From positions 20,204 through 84,203 of the forward strand of contig CALUWN010000003.1 in the NCBI GenBank assembly GCA_944324495.1: DNA of 64,000 bases. Direction: 5' to 3'. The notes below the pieces were generated by a model. The model was given only the letters and a program-made list of their open reading frames with translations, was not told where the DNA came from and made no database searches. A program made the position numbers and the translations under genes. Origin of the DNA: an uncultured Mucispirillum sp. (GTDB lineage: Bacteria > Chrysiogenota > Deferribacteres > Deferribacterales > Mucispirillaceae). Shown piece after piece: positions 51,581-61,419 of the stretch (positions are counted from its first letter, which is position 1; each line of letters opens with the position of its first letter).

Positions 51581-53125
51581 TTGCTGAAACAGCTTTGTTT
51601 GTATTCCTATGAAACAGGCAGGCAGCTTGGTTTGATAATAAATAGAAGCGGCAGTATTGAATATGTGCTTGCTGGCACATCTGACAGCATTACTATTCCA
51701 GTATTGACCCGTTTTAAATTGGCACCGGGAAGGCTTCGAGGTTTAAGGCTTATACACACTCACCCAAAAGGTGATGGGCTTGATAATGATGATATGGCAG
51801 ACTTGGCACTTTTAAGGCTTGATAGTGTAACAGCCTGTGCTATGGATGAGAAAGGCTATCCAAAATTTATGGAAACTGCATATATTACACCACCAGATAT
51901 CAATGATATAGAAACAAAGTTTGGATATTTAGAAGATAGCGACCCATACAATCAAAAAACAGACTATCCATTATTTATTGAAGCATTAGATGATGAAATA
52001 GAAAGAAAAACCATAGGGCTTCATACTGCAAAAACAGGGGAATATGCAGTATTAACTGGTGTATTTAAAAGCAAGGAAGAAAGCGAAATATATCTTGATG
52101 AATTAGAAGAGCTTGCACGAAGTGCTGGTATAAATGTAATATCAAGAATTTATCAAGTGAAAAAAGAGATACATCCAAAATATGTGGTAGGACCGGGAAA
52201 ATTAAGAGAGGCAGTTATTAAAGCACTATTAACAGGTGCAGAATATATTGTTTTTGATAACAGCTTATCCCCATCTCAGTCGCGGGCAGTATCAGAATTT
52301 ACTGAGCTTAAAATACTAGATAGAACACAACTGATACTTGATATTTTTGCACGCAGGGCAAAAAGTAATGAGGGTAAAATTAGAGTTGAGCTTGCCCAGT
52401 TAAAATATATACTTCCAAGGCTTAATGTAAAAGATGACAGCTTATCGCGTTTAACAGGTGGAATAGGTGGCAGAGGTCCGGGAGAAACTAAGCTTGAAAT
52501 AGATAAAAGAAGAATAACAGACAGGATTGCTTTTTTAAATGATAAATTAAAAAAAGCAGAGCAGTCGCGTGATATCCAAAGGGCAAGGCGAGAAAAAAAT
52601 TCTCTGCCTGTAGTATCAATTATCGGATATACTAATGCAGGGAAATCAACATTATTAAACAGCCTTACAAAATCAGATGTATATGCAGATGATTTGCTTT
52701 TTGCCACCCTTGATACATCAAGCAAACGGATACGCTTTCCAAAAGAAAGGGATGTGATTATAACAGATACGGTAGGCTTTATTAGAGATTTACCGCCAAA
52801 TTTAGCAGGTGCATTTAAATCAACACTAGAAGAGCTTTATAACGCAGATATGTTTTTGCAAGTGGTAGATGTAAGCGATAAACATTTTAGAAAACATATT
52901 AAGGCTGTGGAAAATGTATTAGAAGAAATGGAACTTCTAGATAAAGAGCGGTTATTAGTATTTAATAAAATAGATAAGCTAACAGAAGAAGAGCTTGAAG
53001 AAATAGAAAAAGAATATAAAGATGCTGTATTTGTTTCAGCATATAATAGAAAATCTTTTGATAATATGCTTATAAAGATTAGCTACTATTTTTTCAAAGA
53101 AGGAATGGATTTATTTAATGAATAG
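51581..53125 (+). CDS. hflX: GTPase HflX (long form)
   Basis: HflX N-domain (ELAQLKYILPRL, GGIGGRGPGETKLE), G-domain GYTNAGKSTLLN, DTVGF, NKID. The first canonical start in frame is TTG 51581, but homology appears to continue upstream to about 51479 (see findings). Confidence 0.88.
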   Translation: MLKQLCLYSYETGRQLGLIINRSGSIEYVLAGTSDSITIPVLTRFKLAPGRLRGLRLIHTHPKGDGLDNDDMADLALLRLDSVTACAMDEKGYPKFMETAYITPPDINDIETKFGYLEDSDPYNQKTDYPLFIEALDDEIERKTIGLHTAKTGEYAVLTGVFKSKEESEIYLDELEELARSAGINVISRIYQVKKEIHPKYVVGPGKLREAVIKALLTGAEYIVFDNSLSPSQSRAVSEFTELKILDRTQLILDIFARRAKSNEGKIRVELAQLKYILPRLNVKDDSLSRLTGGIGGRGPGETKLEIDKRRITDRIAFLNDKLKKAEQSRDIQRARREKNSLPVVSIIGYTNAGKSTLLNSLTKSDVYADDLLFATLDTSSKRIRFPKERDVIITDTVGFIRDLPPNLAGAFKSTLEELYNADMFLQVVDVSDKHFRKHIKAVENVLEEMELLDKERLLVFNKIDKLTEEELEEIEKEYKDAVFVSAYNRKSFDNMLIKISYYFFKEGMDLFNE

Positions 53126-53468
53126 TATTGAAGAAATAATAAAAGAGCGAATAAACTATTTTAATAATAAAGAATATGAGAAAATATACGATATTTATAG
53201 TATTCACAGTGAATTTAAGCAGTTTTTCCCAGAAATAGAAGCGTACAGGGAACATTTTTTTAAATTAATAGAACTTTTTTTACCTGTAAGTGTTGAAATT
53301 TATAAAGTTTTATATAATAATGAATGGGCAGAAATATTGTTTGTGGAAAATGTGCGGTCTTTAGAAGATGATGTTATTATAACATATTATGTAAAAGCAT
53401 TTTTTCAAAAAGAAAACGGCAAGTGGAAACTACAGCAGGAACAAAGAGAGACAGCATATAAGAAATAA
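53118..53468 (+). CDS. hypothetical small protein (possibly NTF2-like fold)
   Basis: 116 aa. Overlaps the hflX end by 8 nt. The C-terminal ...ENGKWKL... is reminiscent of NTF2-like/YchJ-type domains, which is weak evidence. Confidence 0.4.
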   Translation: MNSIEEIIKERINYFNNKEYEKIYDIYSIHSEFKQFFPEIEAYREHFFKLIELFLPVSVEIYKVLYNNEWAEILFVENVRSLEDDVIITYYVKAFFQKENGKWKLQQEQRETAYKK

Positions 53469-53482
53469 TAAAGGGGCACTTT

Positions 53483-53959
53483 ATGAAAAAGATTTTTTTA
53501 GTTTTAATGCTATGTTTTATGACAACAGCATATGCATCTGCACAAGATATGGCAGAAAAGAAAAGCACAGTAAATAATAATAGTAAAAGTAAAGAGTTTT
53601 TAGGAGTATTTTTTATAGATTCATACCCTGTTACAGGCTGCGAAATTATTAAAATTCGTCCGTCAGTAATACGTTCTACCACAGAGTTTAGAGCACCAGA
53701 AAGGGAGGAATTTAATAATAACAAAAATTTTAGCAAGATAATCCACAGCTATCAAGGTGATTTAATTACGGAAGCCCAAAGCATAGCAGAAAAAGAAGGT
53801 TATAATGCTATTATTGGCAGTAAGTTTTATACTAATACCCACTATCAAGGAGTATCAGATTTAGGTGCAGTTGATGGCAATATTGGTTACGGGCTTGGTT
53901 CTATAACTTATATAGGGCACCCTGTATTTATTGTGTGTGAAGACTTAGCAGTGCAGTAA
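53483..53959 (+). CDS. secreted hypothetical protein
   Basis: Signal peptide MKKIFLVLMLCFMTTAYASA. No recognisable motif. Confidence 0.5.
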   Translation: MKKIFLVLMLCFMTTAYASAQDMAEKKSTVNNNSKSKEFLGVFFIDSYPVTGCEIIKIRPSVIRSTTEFRAPEREEFNNNKNFSKIIHSYQGDLITEAQSIAEKEGYNAIIGSKFYTNTHYQGVSDLGAVDGNIGYGLGSITYIGHPVFIVCEDLAVQ

Positions 53960-53968
53960 AATTTATAC

Positions 53969-53996
53969 TTGCATAAAATGAAATAAGTATTATATT
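53969..53996 (+). promoter_or_regulatory. possible promoter of the zinc-ribbon gene
   Basis: TTGCAT (53969-53974), 16 nt spacer, TATATT (53991-53996). Confidence 0.3.
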
Positions 53997-54025
53997 TCTT
54001 CATATTAATTATTAAGAGGGATTTT

Positions 54026-54268
54026 ATGCCGATATATGAATATGTATGTAAAAAATGTGGTAAAGAATTTGAAAAAATGCAGAGTATCACAAACGAAGAG
54101 CGAGTAACAGAATGCCCAGAATGCAAAGGTGAGGCAGAACGTAAAATATCAGTTACAAGTTACCATTTAACAGGCAGCGGTTTTTATAATACAGATAAGA
54201 AGTCAGCTGCTCCAGCCTGCCCAACAGGCTCATGCTGTGCAGGTGGTGCCTGCGGTTTAAATAAATAG
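54026..54268 (+). CDS. FmdB-family zinc-ribbon protein
   Basis: MPIYEYVCKKCGKEFE...CPECKG, i.e. CxxC...CxxC, with a Cys/Gly-rich tail. Confidence 0.85.
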   Translation: MPIYEYVCKKCGKEFEKMQSITNEERVTECPECKGEAERKISVTSYHLTGSGFYNTDKKSAAPACPTGSCCAGGACGLNK

Positions 54269-54294
54269 TTATATTAGTAAAATAACATATTAAG

Positions 54295-54317
54295 CCCTGT
54301 ATTAGCAGGGTTTTTTT
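54295..54317 (+). terminator. rho-independent terminator after the zinc-ribbon gene
   Basis: CCCTG (54295-54299) pairs with CAGGG (54306-54310), followed by T7. The stem is short. Confidence 0.5.
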
Positions 54318-54373
54318 ATTATTCTTGCCTTTTTTATAAATTTCTATTATTTTAGTAACATTAAGAGGTAAAA

Positions 54374-54955
54374 ATGAAAGATTATATAAAAGATATATTA
54401 GAAGAATCAATTACAGCACACAAAGAATTTGCTCTTGATAATGTAGATATTTTAAAAGAGATAGCAGATGCTGTAGTGGCTTGTTTTAAACGTGGCAATA
54501 AGGTTATTATAATGGGTAACGGTGGCTCAGCTTCAGATGCTTTACATATTGCAGGAGAGTTTGTAGGCAGGTTTGAAATGGAAAGACCTACGCTTCCAGC
54601 TATTGCATTAACTGGTAATACTGCTACTATTACTGCTATTGGTAACGATTATTCATATGATGAAGTATTTGAAAAGCAGGTGGCAGCCTTAGTTAATGCT
54701 GGTGATATTGTATGGGGAATATCCACAAGTGGTAATTCTGAAAACGTAATAAGAGCATTAAAAAGAGGCATTAGGGATGAGGCTGTGACTATTGGTTTTG
54801 CAGGCAGAGATGGTGGGAAAATGGCAGGGCTTTGTGACCACCTTTTAATAGTAAAACACCAAAGAACAGCACGTATCCAAGAGCTTCATATATTAGCAGC
54901 ACATATAATTTGCGGGCTGGTTGATGAAAAAATGTTTGGTAAATATTCAGGATAG
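54374..54955 (+). CDS. gmhA: phosphoheptose isomerase (SIS domain)
   Basis: GNGGSASDALHIAGEF, and a SIS fold motif ISTSGNSENV. Confidence 0.88.
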   Translation: MKDYIKDILEESITAHKEFALDNVDILKEIADAVVACFKRGNKVIIMGNGGSASDALHIAGEFVGRFEMERPTLPAIALTGNTATITAIGNDYSYDEVFEKQVAALVNAGDIVWGISTSGNSENVIRALKRGIRDEAVTIGFAGRDGGKMAGLCDHLLIVKHQRTARIQELHILAAHIICGLVDEKMFGKYSG

Positions 54956-54957
54956 AA

Positions 54958-57900
54958 ATGCCAGTATTTGAAAAATATCATAATGCATGGGGTGCTTCTG
55001 CTTCATTTTATGCACTAAGTAAAAAAAAGAAAGGCACTCCATTAATAGTGATACCACCAGAAAATAAATCTGTAATGGAATCAGTTTATAATGAACTTAC
55101 ACTATTATCTCAAATAAAAGTATATAAATTTCCCTCATATACCCAAAACCCATTTGAAGAAGCAAGGCCATTAAATGATATTATGGCAGCAAGATGCTCT
55201 ACTTTATATAATATACTCAATGAAAAAGATTATATATTACTTATTTCTCCTTATGGACTTTTGAAAAAAATACCATTTAAAGATGAATTTTTAAAAAGTA
55301 TAGTAAAGCTTGAAGAAGGTATGGTTTATGATAGAGCAACCCTTGCAGAGCATTTAGATAAACTAGGATATATTCAGGTGGAGTTTGTAACAGATGAAGG
55401 TGAATATACTCTGCGTGGGGGACTGGCTGATATTTTTCCAATAAACAGCCAAAACCCAGTACGAATAGAATATTTTGATGATGAAATAGAAAGCCTTTAT
55501 GAATATAATAAGGAAAGTATGGCAAAAATAAAAAAATGCCAGCATTTAGATATACTTCCAGTAACAGATTTAATAATTTCCACAAAAGAGTTCCAAGAAA
55601 AGCTTGAAGGAAGCCTAAAAGAAAAGGCAGAAACATATGGCAAGTTTGCAGGTTATCACTGGCTTGCACCACTTTTAAATATAGAGCAGACAAGTATATT
55701 TGATTATATAGAAAACTACACATCAGCCTGCCTTGTAAATAATATTGAAGAAAGCATATATGGCTATTATGAAATAGTAAAATCTTCAGCAGAGCAGGAG
55801 TATAATTTATTAAGCTTTAATGAAGCAGGAAAGATATTAAAAAATATTGAAAAAAATGATGTATATGTAATCTCTGAAATAACAGACAATGTGGAAAGCG
55901 AGGCTTTAGAATATTCAAGTACAAGTACCCGTTTTTCATTTGAGAAAAAGAATTTATACCAGTCTATGACAAACGCAGTAGATGTGATACTTCATTTACT
56001 AAAAGAGAAGATGAAAATCATATTCTGTGTGGAAAGTGAAAAATTTGCAGGTATATTTAGGGACTTTTTAAGAGATTATGATATTTTCCCAAAAGAGATA
56101 AAAAATGTAAGTGAAGCTGAAAATGTGGATGTATATATATACAAGAAACATATTTCTGGTGGGTTTATCAGCAGTAAAGATAAGCTTGCATTAATATCTG
56201 ATATGGATATTTTTGGGTTTACAAAACGCAAGCCAAAGCCAAAGAAAAAAGATGCATTTAATACTAAACTTTCAGATTTAGAAGAAGGCGATTATGTAGT
56301 TCATATAAACCATGGTATAGGCATATATCAAGGTATAAAACAGATGGTTATAGGTGGTGTGGCAGGTGACTTTTTATGTATATTATATGAAGGTGATGAT
56401 ATACTTTATGTACCCCTTCACTCCATAGGTCAAATACAAAAATACATCGGTATGCAGGACAGCAAACCGAAACTTAACAGCTTAAAAAGCTCAGCATGGC
56501 AGAAACTTAAAAAGCACGCAAAAGAAAGTGCAAAACATATTGCAGAAGATTTGCTTAGGCTTTATGCAGAACGAAAAGCAAAAAAAGGGTTTGCATTTTG
56601 CGATGATGGAAGCCTTATTGAAATATTTGAGCGTAATTTTATATATAATGAAACAGAGGACCAGCTTTCAGCCATATATGATGTGTATAGGGATATGGAA
56701 AGTGAAGTACCAATGGAAAGGCTTGTATGTGGTGATGTAGGGTTTGGCAAGACAGAAGTTGCCATGCGCGCAGCATGTAAAGCAGCAGCCTGTTCAAAGC
56801 AGGTGGCAGTTCTTGTGCCTACAACTATTTTAGCCCGCCAGCATTATGAAACATTTAAGGAACGGTTTCGTGGGCTTCCTGTAAATATTGAGTTTGTATC
56901 ACGTTTTAAAACAAATAGTGAAGTTAAAGAAATATATAAAAAGACAGAAGAAGGCAGTATTGATATATTAATAGGCACTCATAAAATCCTTGCAAAAGAA
57001 CTTACTTTTAAAGATTTAGGGCTTTTAATAATAGATGAGGAACAGCGTTTTGGAGTAAGCCATAAAGAAAAAATAGCATCTATGAAAAGAAATGTGGATA
57101 CTTTAACTATGACTGCCACTCCAATACCAAGGACACTGCAGCTTTCACTTTCTGGCATAAGGGATATGAGTATTATAGAAACACCGCCAGAAAACAGGCT
57201 TCCTGTAGTTGTAAAAGTTATCAATGGAGTTGATGAGCGTATAAAGGCTATAAGAATGGAGCTTGAACGTGGCGGGCAGGTGTTTTTTCTGCATAATAAA
57301 GTATCAGATATACATGAAGTAGCAATGGAGATAAAAAACGCACTTCCCCTTGCTAAAGTGGACTATGCTCACGGTCAGATGGATGCAAAAACTATGGAGC
57401 ATATATTAACCACTTTTTATAGTGGTGAAATAGATGTGCTTGTGGCAACAACAATTATTGAAAACGGCATTAATATTCCAAATGTAAATACTATTATTAT
57501 AAACAATGCTGCCCATTTTGGGCTTGCCCAGCTTTATCAGCTAAAAGGCAGGGTAGGAAGAAGTAACAGACGCGGTTACTGTTATTTATCGGTACAGGAT
57601 TTTTCACGTATTAACCCTGTGGCACAAAAACGTTTATCAATTATACAGCAGCTTTCAGATTTAGGCAGTGGTTTTAAAATAGCAATGTATGATTTACAGC
57701 TTCGCGGTGCAGGAAATATATTAGGTGCAGAGCAGTCTGGTTTTGTGGTACGTGTAGGTTATGAATTATATGTTGCTATGATAGAAGAAGCAGTACAGGA
57801 GATGCGTGGAGAATATACAAATATAGCAGATACAGAGATAAATTCTAATATTGCATATTTTATCCCAGCAGATTATATAGAAAATCCGCGTATTAGGTTT

Positions 57901-58269
57901 GATTTTTATAGACGATTTGCAGAAATTTATGATAATGATAAAAGGTATGAGCTTTTAAAAGAAATAGAAGCAGGCTATGGGGCACTGCCTGAAGAAATAA
58001 TTAATCTATCATACATAATGGTAATAAAAAATTATGCCAGTATGCTTGGAGCAGAAAAATTAACTCTTTCAAAAGCAGGTGCAGTTAAGGTACAGTTTGT
58101 AAAAGAAACAAAACTGAATATTGAATTTATAGAAAAATGTGCTAAAAGTAAAAATATAATATACAGGTTTATTTCAGAATATGAAATAGCCTTATCAATT
58201 AGCGGAACTAGTATATTAGAAAATATTTTAGATTTTTTTAGTGAGCTATATATATTAACTAAAGAATAG
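54958..58269 (+). CDS. mfd: transcription-repair coupling factor
   Basis: 1103 aa. CarD/TRCF RNAP-interaction region (GDYVVHINHGIGIY). SF2 helicase motifs GDVGFGKTEVA, IIDEEQRFG, TATPIPRT. TRG motif QLKGRVGRS. Confidence 0.95.
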   Translation: MPVFEKYHNAWGASASFYALSKKKKGTPLIVIPPENKSVMESVYNELTLLSQIKVYKFPSYTQNPFEEARPLNDIMAARCSTLYNILNEKDYILLISPYGLLKKIPFKDEFLKSIVKLEEGMVYDRATLAEHLDKLGYIQVEFVTDEGEYTLRGGLADIFPINSQNPVRIEYFDDEIESLYEYNKESMAKIKKCQHLDILPVTDLIISTKEFQEKLEGSLKEKAETYGKFAGYHWLAPLLNIEQTSIFDYIENYTSACLVNNIEESIYGYYEIVKSSAEQEYNLLSFNEAGKILKNIEKNDVYVISEITDNVESEALEYSSTSTRFSFEKKNLYQSMTNAVDVILHLLKEKMKIIFCVESEKFAGIFRDFLRDYDIFPKEIKNVSEAENVDVYIYKKHISGGFISSKDKLALISDMDIFGFTKRKPKPKKKDAFNTKLSDLEEGDYVVHINHGIGIYQGIKQMVIGGVAGDFLCILYEGDDILYVPLHSIGQIQKYIGMQDSKPKLNSLKSSAWQKLKKHAKESAKHIAEDLLRLYAERKAKKGFAFCDDGSLIEIFERNFIYNETEDQLSAIYDVYRDMESEVPMERLVCGDVGFGKTEVAMRAACKAAACSKQVAVLVPTTILARQHYETFKERFRGLPVNIEFVSRFKTNSEVKEIYKKTEEGSIDILIGTHKILAKELTFKDLGLLIIDEEQRFGVSHKEKIASMKRNVDTLTMTATPIPRTLQLSLSGIRDMSIIETPPENRLPVVVKVINGVDERIKAIRMELERGGQVFFLHNKVSDIHEVAMEIKNALPLAKVDYAHGQMDAKTMEHILTTFYSGEIDVLVATTIIENGINIPNVNTIIINNAAHFGLAQLYQLKGRVGRSNRRGYCYLSVQDFSRINPVAQKRLSIIQQLSDLGSGFKIAMYDLQLRGAGNILGAEQSGFVVRVGYELYVAMIEEAVQEMRGEYTNIADTEINSNIAYFIPADYIENPRIRFDFYRRFAEIYDNDKRYELLKEIEAGYGALPEEIINLSYIMVIKNYASMLGAEKLTLSKAGAVKVQFVKETKLNIEFIEKCAKSKNIIYRFISEYEIALSISGTSILENILDFFSELYILTKE

Positions 58270-58282
58270 TAAAGGGAGCATT

Positions 58283-59260
58283 ATGAGAAAACATTATTTT
58301 TTAGTAACAGCACTTGTTATACTTTTTATATCAGGGTGTAGTTTATTTAAAAAGCAGGAAGAAGAAACTACAAAAGTACAGGATAATAAGACTGCTTATA
58401 TAAAAATAAACGGTCAGACTTTTTACGATACTGATTTTTTTAATTTTGCCAGTGTTGCAATAAGGGAAATGAATGAAGAAGATTATAAAAACGCACAAAT
58501 AAAGCAGTATTTAGTAGAAAGCTTTATAGAGCATAAGCTTTTATTACAGGAAGCAGAACGCAGAAATATCACAGTAGACGAAAAAAGAATTAGTGCAGTA
58601 ACAGATTCATTTTTAACAGAAGCCGGCACTCAGGATTTAAAAGTATATTCTGGGTCATATAATACTGATGCTAAAGGGCTTTCTCAAATGTTAAGAGAAA
58701 AATTTATGATAGAAACATTAATATATAATACTGTAAATGCAAATATAGATATTTCAGAGGATGAAATCAAGCAGGAATATGACGATAATTACAGTAACAT
58801 GCCAATACCTAGAAAAGCCCATGTTTTTCAAATCTTTACAACTGATAAACAGCAGGCAGAAAAAGCTATGGCAGAACTTAACCGTGGGTTATCTTTTACA
58901 GAAGTTGCATCAAGATATTCAGAAGGGCCAGAAAAGGATGATGGTGGTGATTTAGGTTTTATTTTAGCAACAGATTATCCAGAAATATTTTCTGAAGCTT
59001 TTACATTAAAAGCTGGTCAGTATGGAGAAATATTAAAAAGTGATTATGGTTACCATATATTCTTAGTAAAAGAATATAGTAGGTCAAAGCCTGCAACATT
59101 TGACGAATTAAAAACAGAAATTCATTTTTCACTGTATAACAAAGAACAAAATAAAAAAATAGAGGAACTTGTAAATGAACTTTATAAGAATGCAACTATT
59201 GAGTATCTTTCTAATATTGAACTTTCTGACTTTTCAATCAAAAGCAGAAGTGATAGATAA
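58283..59260 (+). CDS. PpiC-type peptidyl-prolyl isomerase lipoprotein (SurA/PrsA-like)
   Basis: Lipobox ISGCS and a parvulin domain (AHVFQIF...GGDLGF...GYHIFLV). Confidence 0.8.
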   Translation: MRKHYFLVTALVILFISGCSLFKKQEEETTKVQDNKTAYIKINGQTFYDTDFFNFASVAIREMNEEDYKNAQIKQYLVESFIEHKLLLQEAERRNITVDEKRISAVTDSFLTEAGTQDLKVYSGSYNTDAKGLSQMLREKFMIETLIYNTVNANIDISEDEIKQEYDDNYSNMPIPRKAHVFQIFTTDKQQAEKAMAELNRGLSFTEVASRYSEGPEKDDGGDLGFILATDYPEIFSEAFTLKAGQYGEILKSDYGYHIFLVKEYSRSKPATFDELKTEIHFSLYNKEQNKKIEELVNELYKNATIEYLSNIELSDFSIKSRSDR

Positions 59261-60116
59261 AATAGAGGCACATGTAGGCAATAGAATAATCACTTCATAT
59301 GATATTGAAACATTAAACCCTGATGCTTATAAAGCAATACTTGCCATACCAGATGAGAGAGTAAGGCAGGAGCAGATGGCACAATATAAAGAGCAGGCAC
59401 TTAACTTTTTAATAGATATGAATATTATGGAAATAGCTGCTGAAAAAGACGGTATAAAAGTAAGTGACAGGGACTTAGAAAGGGCCATTAATGAGATTGC
59501 AGCAAGCAATAATTTAAGTATGGCAGATTTTGAAAAAACTTTAAAATCGCAAAATCTAAGCTTGAAACAGTATAAATATCAGATAAAAAGCCAGATGATA
59601 CTTCGCAGTAAAATAAATGTACCGCAGATAGTTATTACAGAAGAAGATATTTTAAATATGGTAGATGAAAAGCAGGATGAATTTGGTTTAAAAGATACAT
59701 ACGATATCAGCATAATCACAGTGCAGACTAAATCAGAGATAAATCAGATAATATCAAGATTAAAAAAAGGTGCATCATTTGAAGATGAGGCAAAAAAATA
59801 TTCTCTTGATACAAGTGCATCAAATGGTGGTGCGTTAGGTTTTCAAAATGCTACGTATATGCCTATAGAAATGGAAGAAACATTGAAAAAAACAAAAGTA
59901 GGCAGTTTAACAAAGCCTTTTAAATATAAAGATAAATGGGCTGTATGTTTAGTAAAAGCATTTAAAAGTAAATATGAAATAGATGATGCAACAAGGCAGA
60001 AAATAAGAGAAGCAATAGGAGAAAAACTTTTTGCTGAAGCTGTTGAAAAATGGATGAAAAAAAGCAAAGAATCGGTAGTTGTTTTAAGAGCAAATGAAAA
60101 ATTTAAGGTAAAATAA
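59175..60116 (+). CDS. SurA-like periplasmic chaperone/PPIase
   Basis: Signal peptide, SurA N-domain-like IDKIEAHVGNRIITSYDI, and a degenerate parvulin region (GGALGF...KWAVCLV). The 5' end overlaps the previous gene; an alternative Met lies at 59190. Confidence 0.7.
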   Translation: MNFIRMQLLSIFLILNFLTFQSKAEVIDKIEAHVGNRIITSYDIETLNPDAYKAILAIPDERVRQEQMAQYKEQALNFLIDMNIMEIAAEKDGIKVSDRDLERAINEIAASNNLSMADFEKTLKSQNLSLKQYKYQIKSQMILRSKINVPQIVITEEDILNMVDEKQDEFGLKDTYDISIITVQTKSEINQIISRLKKGASFEDEAKKYSLDTSASNGGALGFQNATYMPIEMEETLKKTKVGSLTKPFKYKDKWAVCLVKAFKSKYEIDDATRQKIREAIGEKLFAEAVEKWMKKSKESVVVLRANEKFKVK

Positions 60117-60389
60117 ATGAGATTAGATAAGTTTTTAAAAACAGCACAGGTAATAAAAAGAAGAACTGTTGCCAATGAAGCATCAGACGAAGGTTTTATA
60201 AAAGTAAACGGCAGGCAGGCAAAACCATCCTGCAATATTAAGCAGGGTGATATTATAGAAATTGATATGTGGAACTACTATAAAAAAATAGAAGTATTAG
60301 AAAATATTGAAAAAAATTCAATACCAAAAAAAGATTTAGAAAAATATATAAAAGTATTAGAATATAAAACAAAGGAAATAGATTTCTAA
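60117..60389 (+). CDS. S4-domain RNA-binding protein
   Basis: MRLDKFLKTAQVIKRRTVANEA...VNGRQAKPSCNIKQGDII is a typical S4 alpha-L motif. Confidence 0.8.
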   Translation: MRLDKFLKTAQVIKRRTVANEASDEGFIKVNGRQAKPSCNIKQGDIIEIDMWNYYKKIEVLENIEKNSIPKKDLEKYIKVLEYKTKEIDF

Positions 60390-60409
60390 AGATATCAGGA
60401 GGGAAGTAT

Positions 60410-60751
60410 ATGGTTACAAAATTTCAAGATATTAACCCCATGGAAATGAGTGCACCACGTGGTGGCAAAGGAACAGCAAAAAGTTTTCCTTATGACATAT
60501 TAAAATCATTAGGTGGAACAGTAAAAGCATTTAATCATATGAGATTAGAGCAGGATTCAGCAATAGGATATCACCAGCATATTGATGATTTTGAAATATA
60601 TATAATCACTCAAGGTACAGGCATATATAACGATAACGGAAAAGAAGTGGAAGTAACAGTAAATGATGTAATGCTTTGTAATAAAGGTGAATACCACGGG
60701 CTTGCTTCCAAAAATGGTGTTTTAGATTTTATTGCCATAATAATGGGGTAA
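60410..60751 (+). CDS. cupin domain protein
   Basis: 113 aa with His-containing cupin motifs (GYHQH...E and GEYHG). Confidence 0.7.
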   Translation: MVTKFQDINPMEMSAPRGGKGTAKSFPYDILKSLGGTVKAFNHMRLEQDSAIGYHQHIDDFEIYIITQGTGIYNDNGKEVEVTVNDVMLCNKGEYHGLASKNGVLDFIAIIMG

Positions 60752-60833
60752 TTTTAGAATAATATTATAAATTACTTGAAATATTGCATAAAACATAGTA
60801 AAGATAATGAAATCATATAATAAGGAGAACTAA

Positions 60834-61250
60834 ATGTTAGAAAAAACTTTCGCAATCATTAAACCAGATGCAGTTGCAGCAAAAAACGCAGGTAAAATTA
60901 TTGATAGAATTGAGGCAGAAGGCTTTACAATTAAAGCTATGAAAAAAATCCATATGACAAAAGCAATCGCTGAAAGGTTCTATTTCGTTCACAGAGAACG
61001 CCCATTTTATAACGATTTAACAAACTTCATGAGCTCAGGCCCTTGCATAGTTATGTGCCTTGAAAAAGAAGATGCTATTAAAGGCTGGAGAACATTAATG
61101 GGTGCAACTAATCCAGAAGCAGCAGAAGCAAATACTCTCCGTAAATTATACGGTAAAAATATTGATAATAATGCAGTACATGGTTCAGATGCACCAGAAA
61201 CAGCAGCAGAAGAAGTTGCATTTTTCTTCACTGGCATTGAATTAATGTAA
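60834..61250 (+). CDS. ndk: nucleoside-diphosphate kinase
   Basis: TFAIIKPDAV and the active-site NAVHGSD. Confidence 0.95.
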   Translation: MLEKTFAIIKPDAVAAKNAGKIIDRIEAEGFTIKAMKKIHMTKAIAERFYFVHRERPFYNDLTNFMSSGPCIVMCLEKEDAIKGWRTLMGATNPEAAEANTLRKLYGKNIDNNAVHGSDAPETAAEEVAFFFTGIELM

Positions 61251-61273
61251 TTAAACTAATTTGACTATATACC

Positions 61274-61302
61274 AACCCGCTTATATAAAGGCGGGTTTTT
61301 TT
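61274..61302 (+). terminator. rho-independent terminator after ndk
   Basis: AACCCGC (61274-61280) pairs with GCGGGTT (61291-61297), followed by a T-run. Confidence 0.75.
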
Positions 61303-61419
61303 GTCTTAAAAAATTAACTTTATTAAAACTTAATAATAAAATAATTTATCCTTGCAGTAATAAAAAATTATATATATAGTAAAAATTAATATACTATTTT
61401 TAAATATCAGGAGAATATT

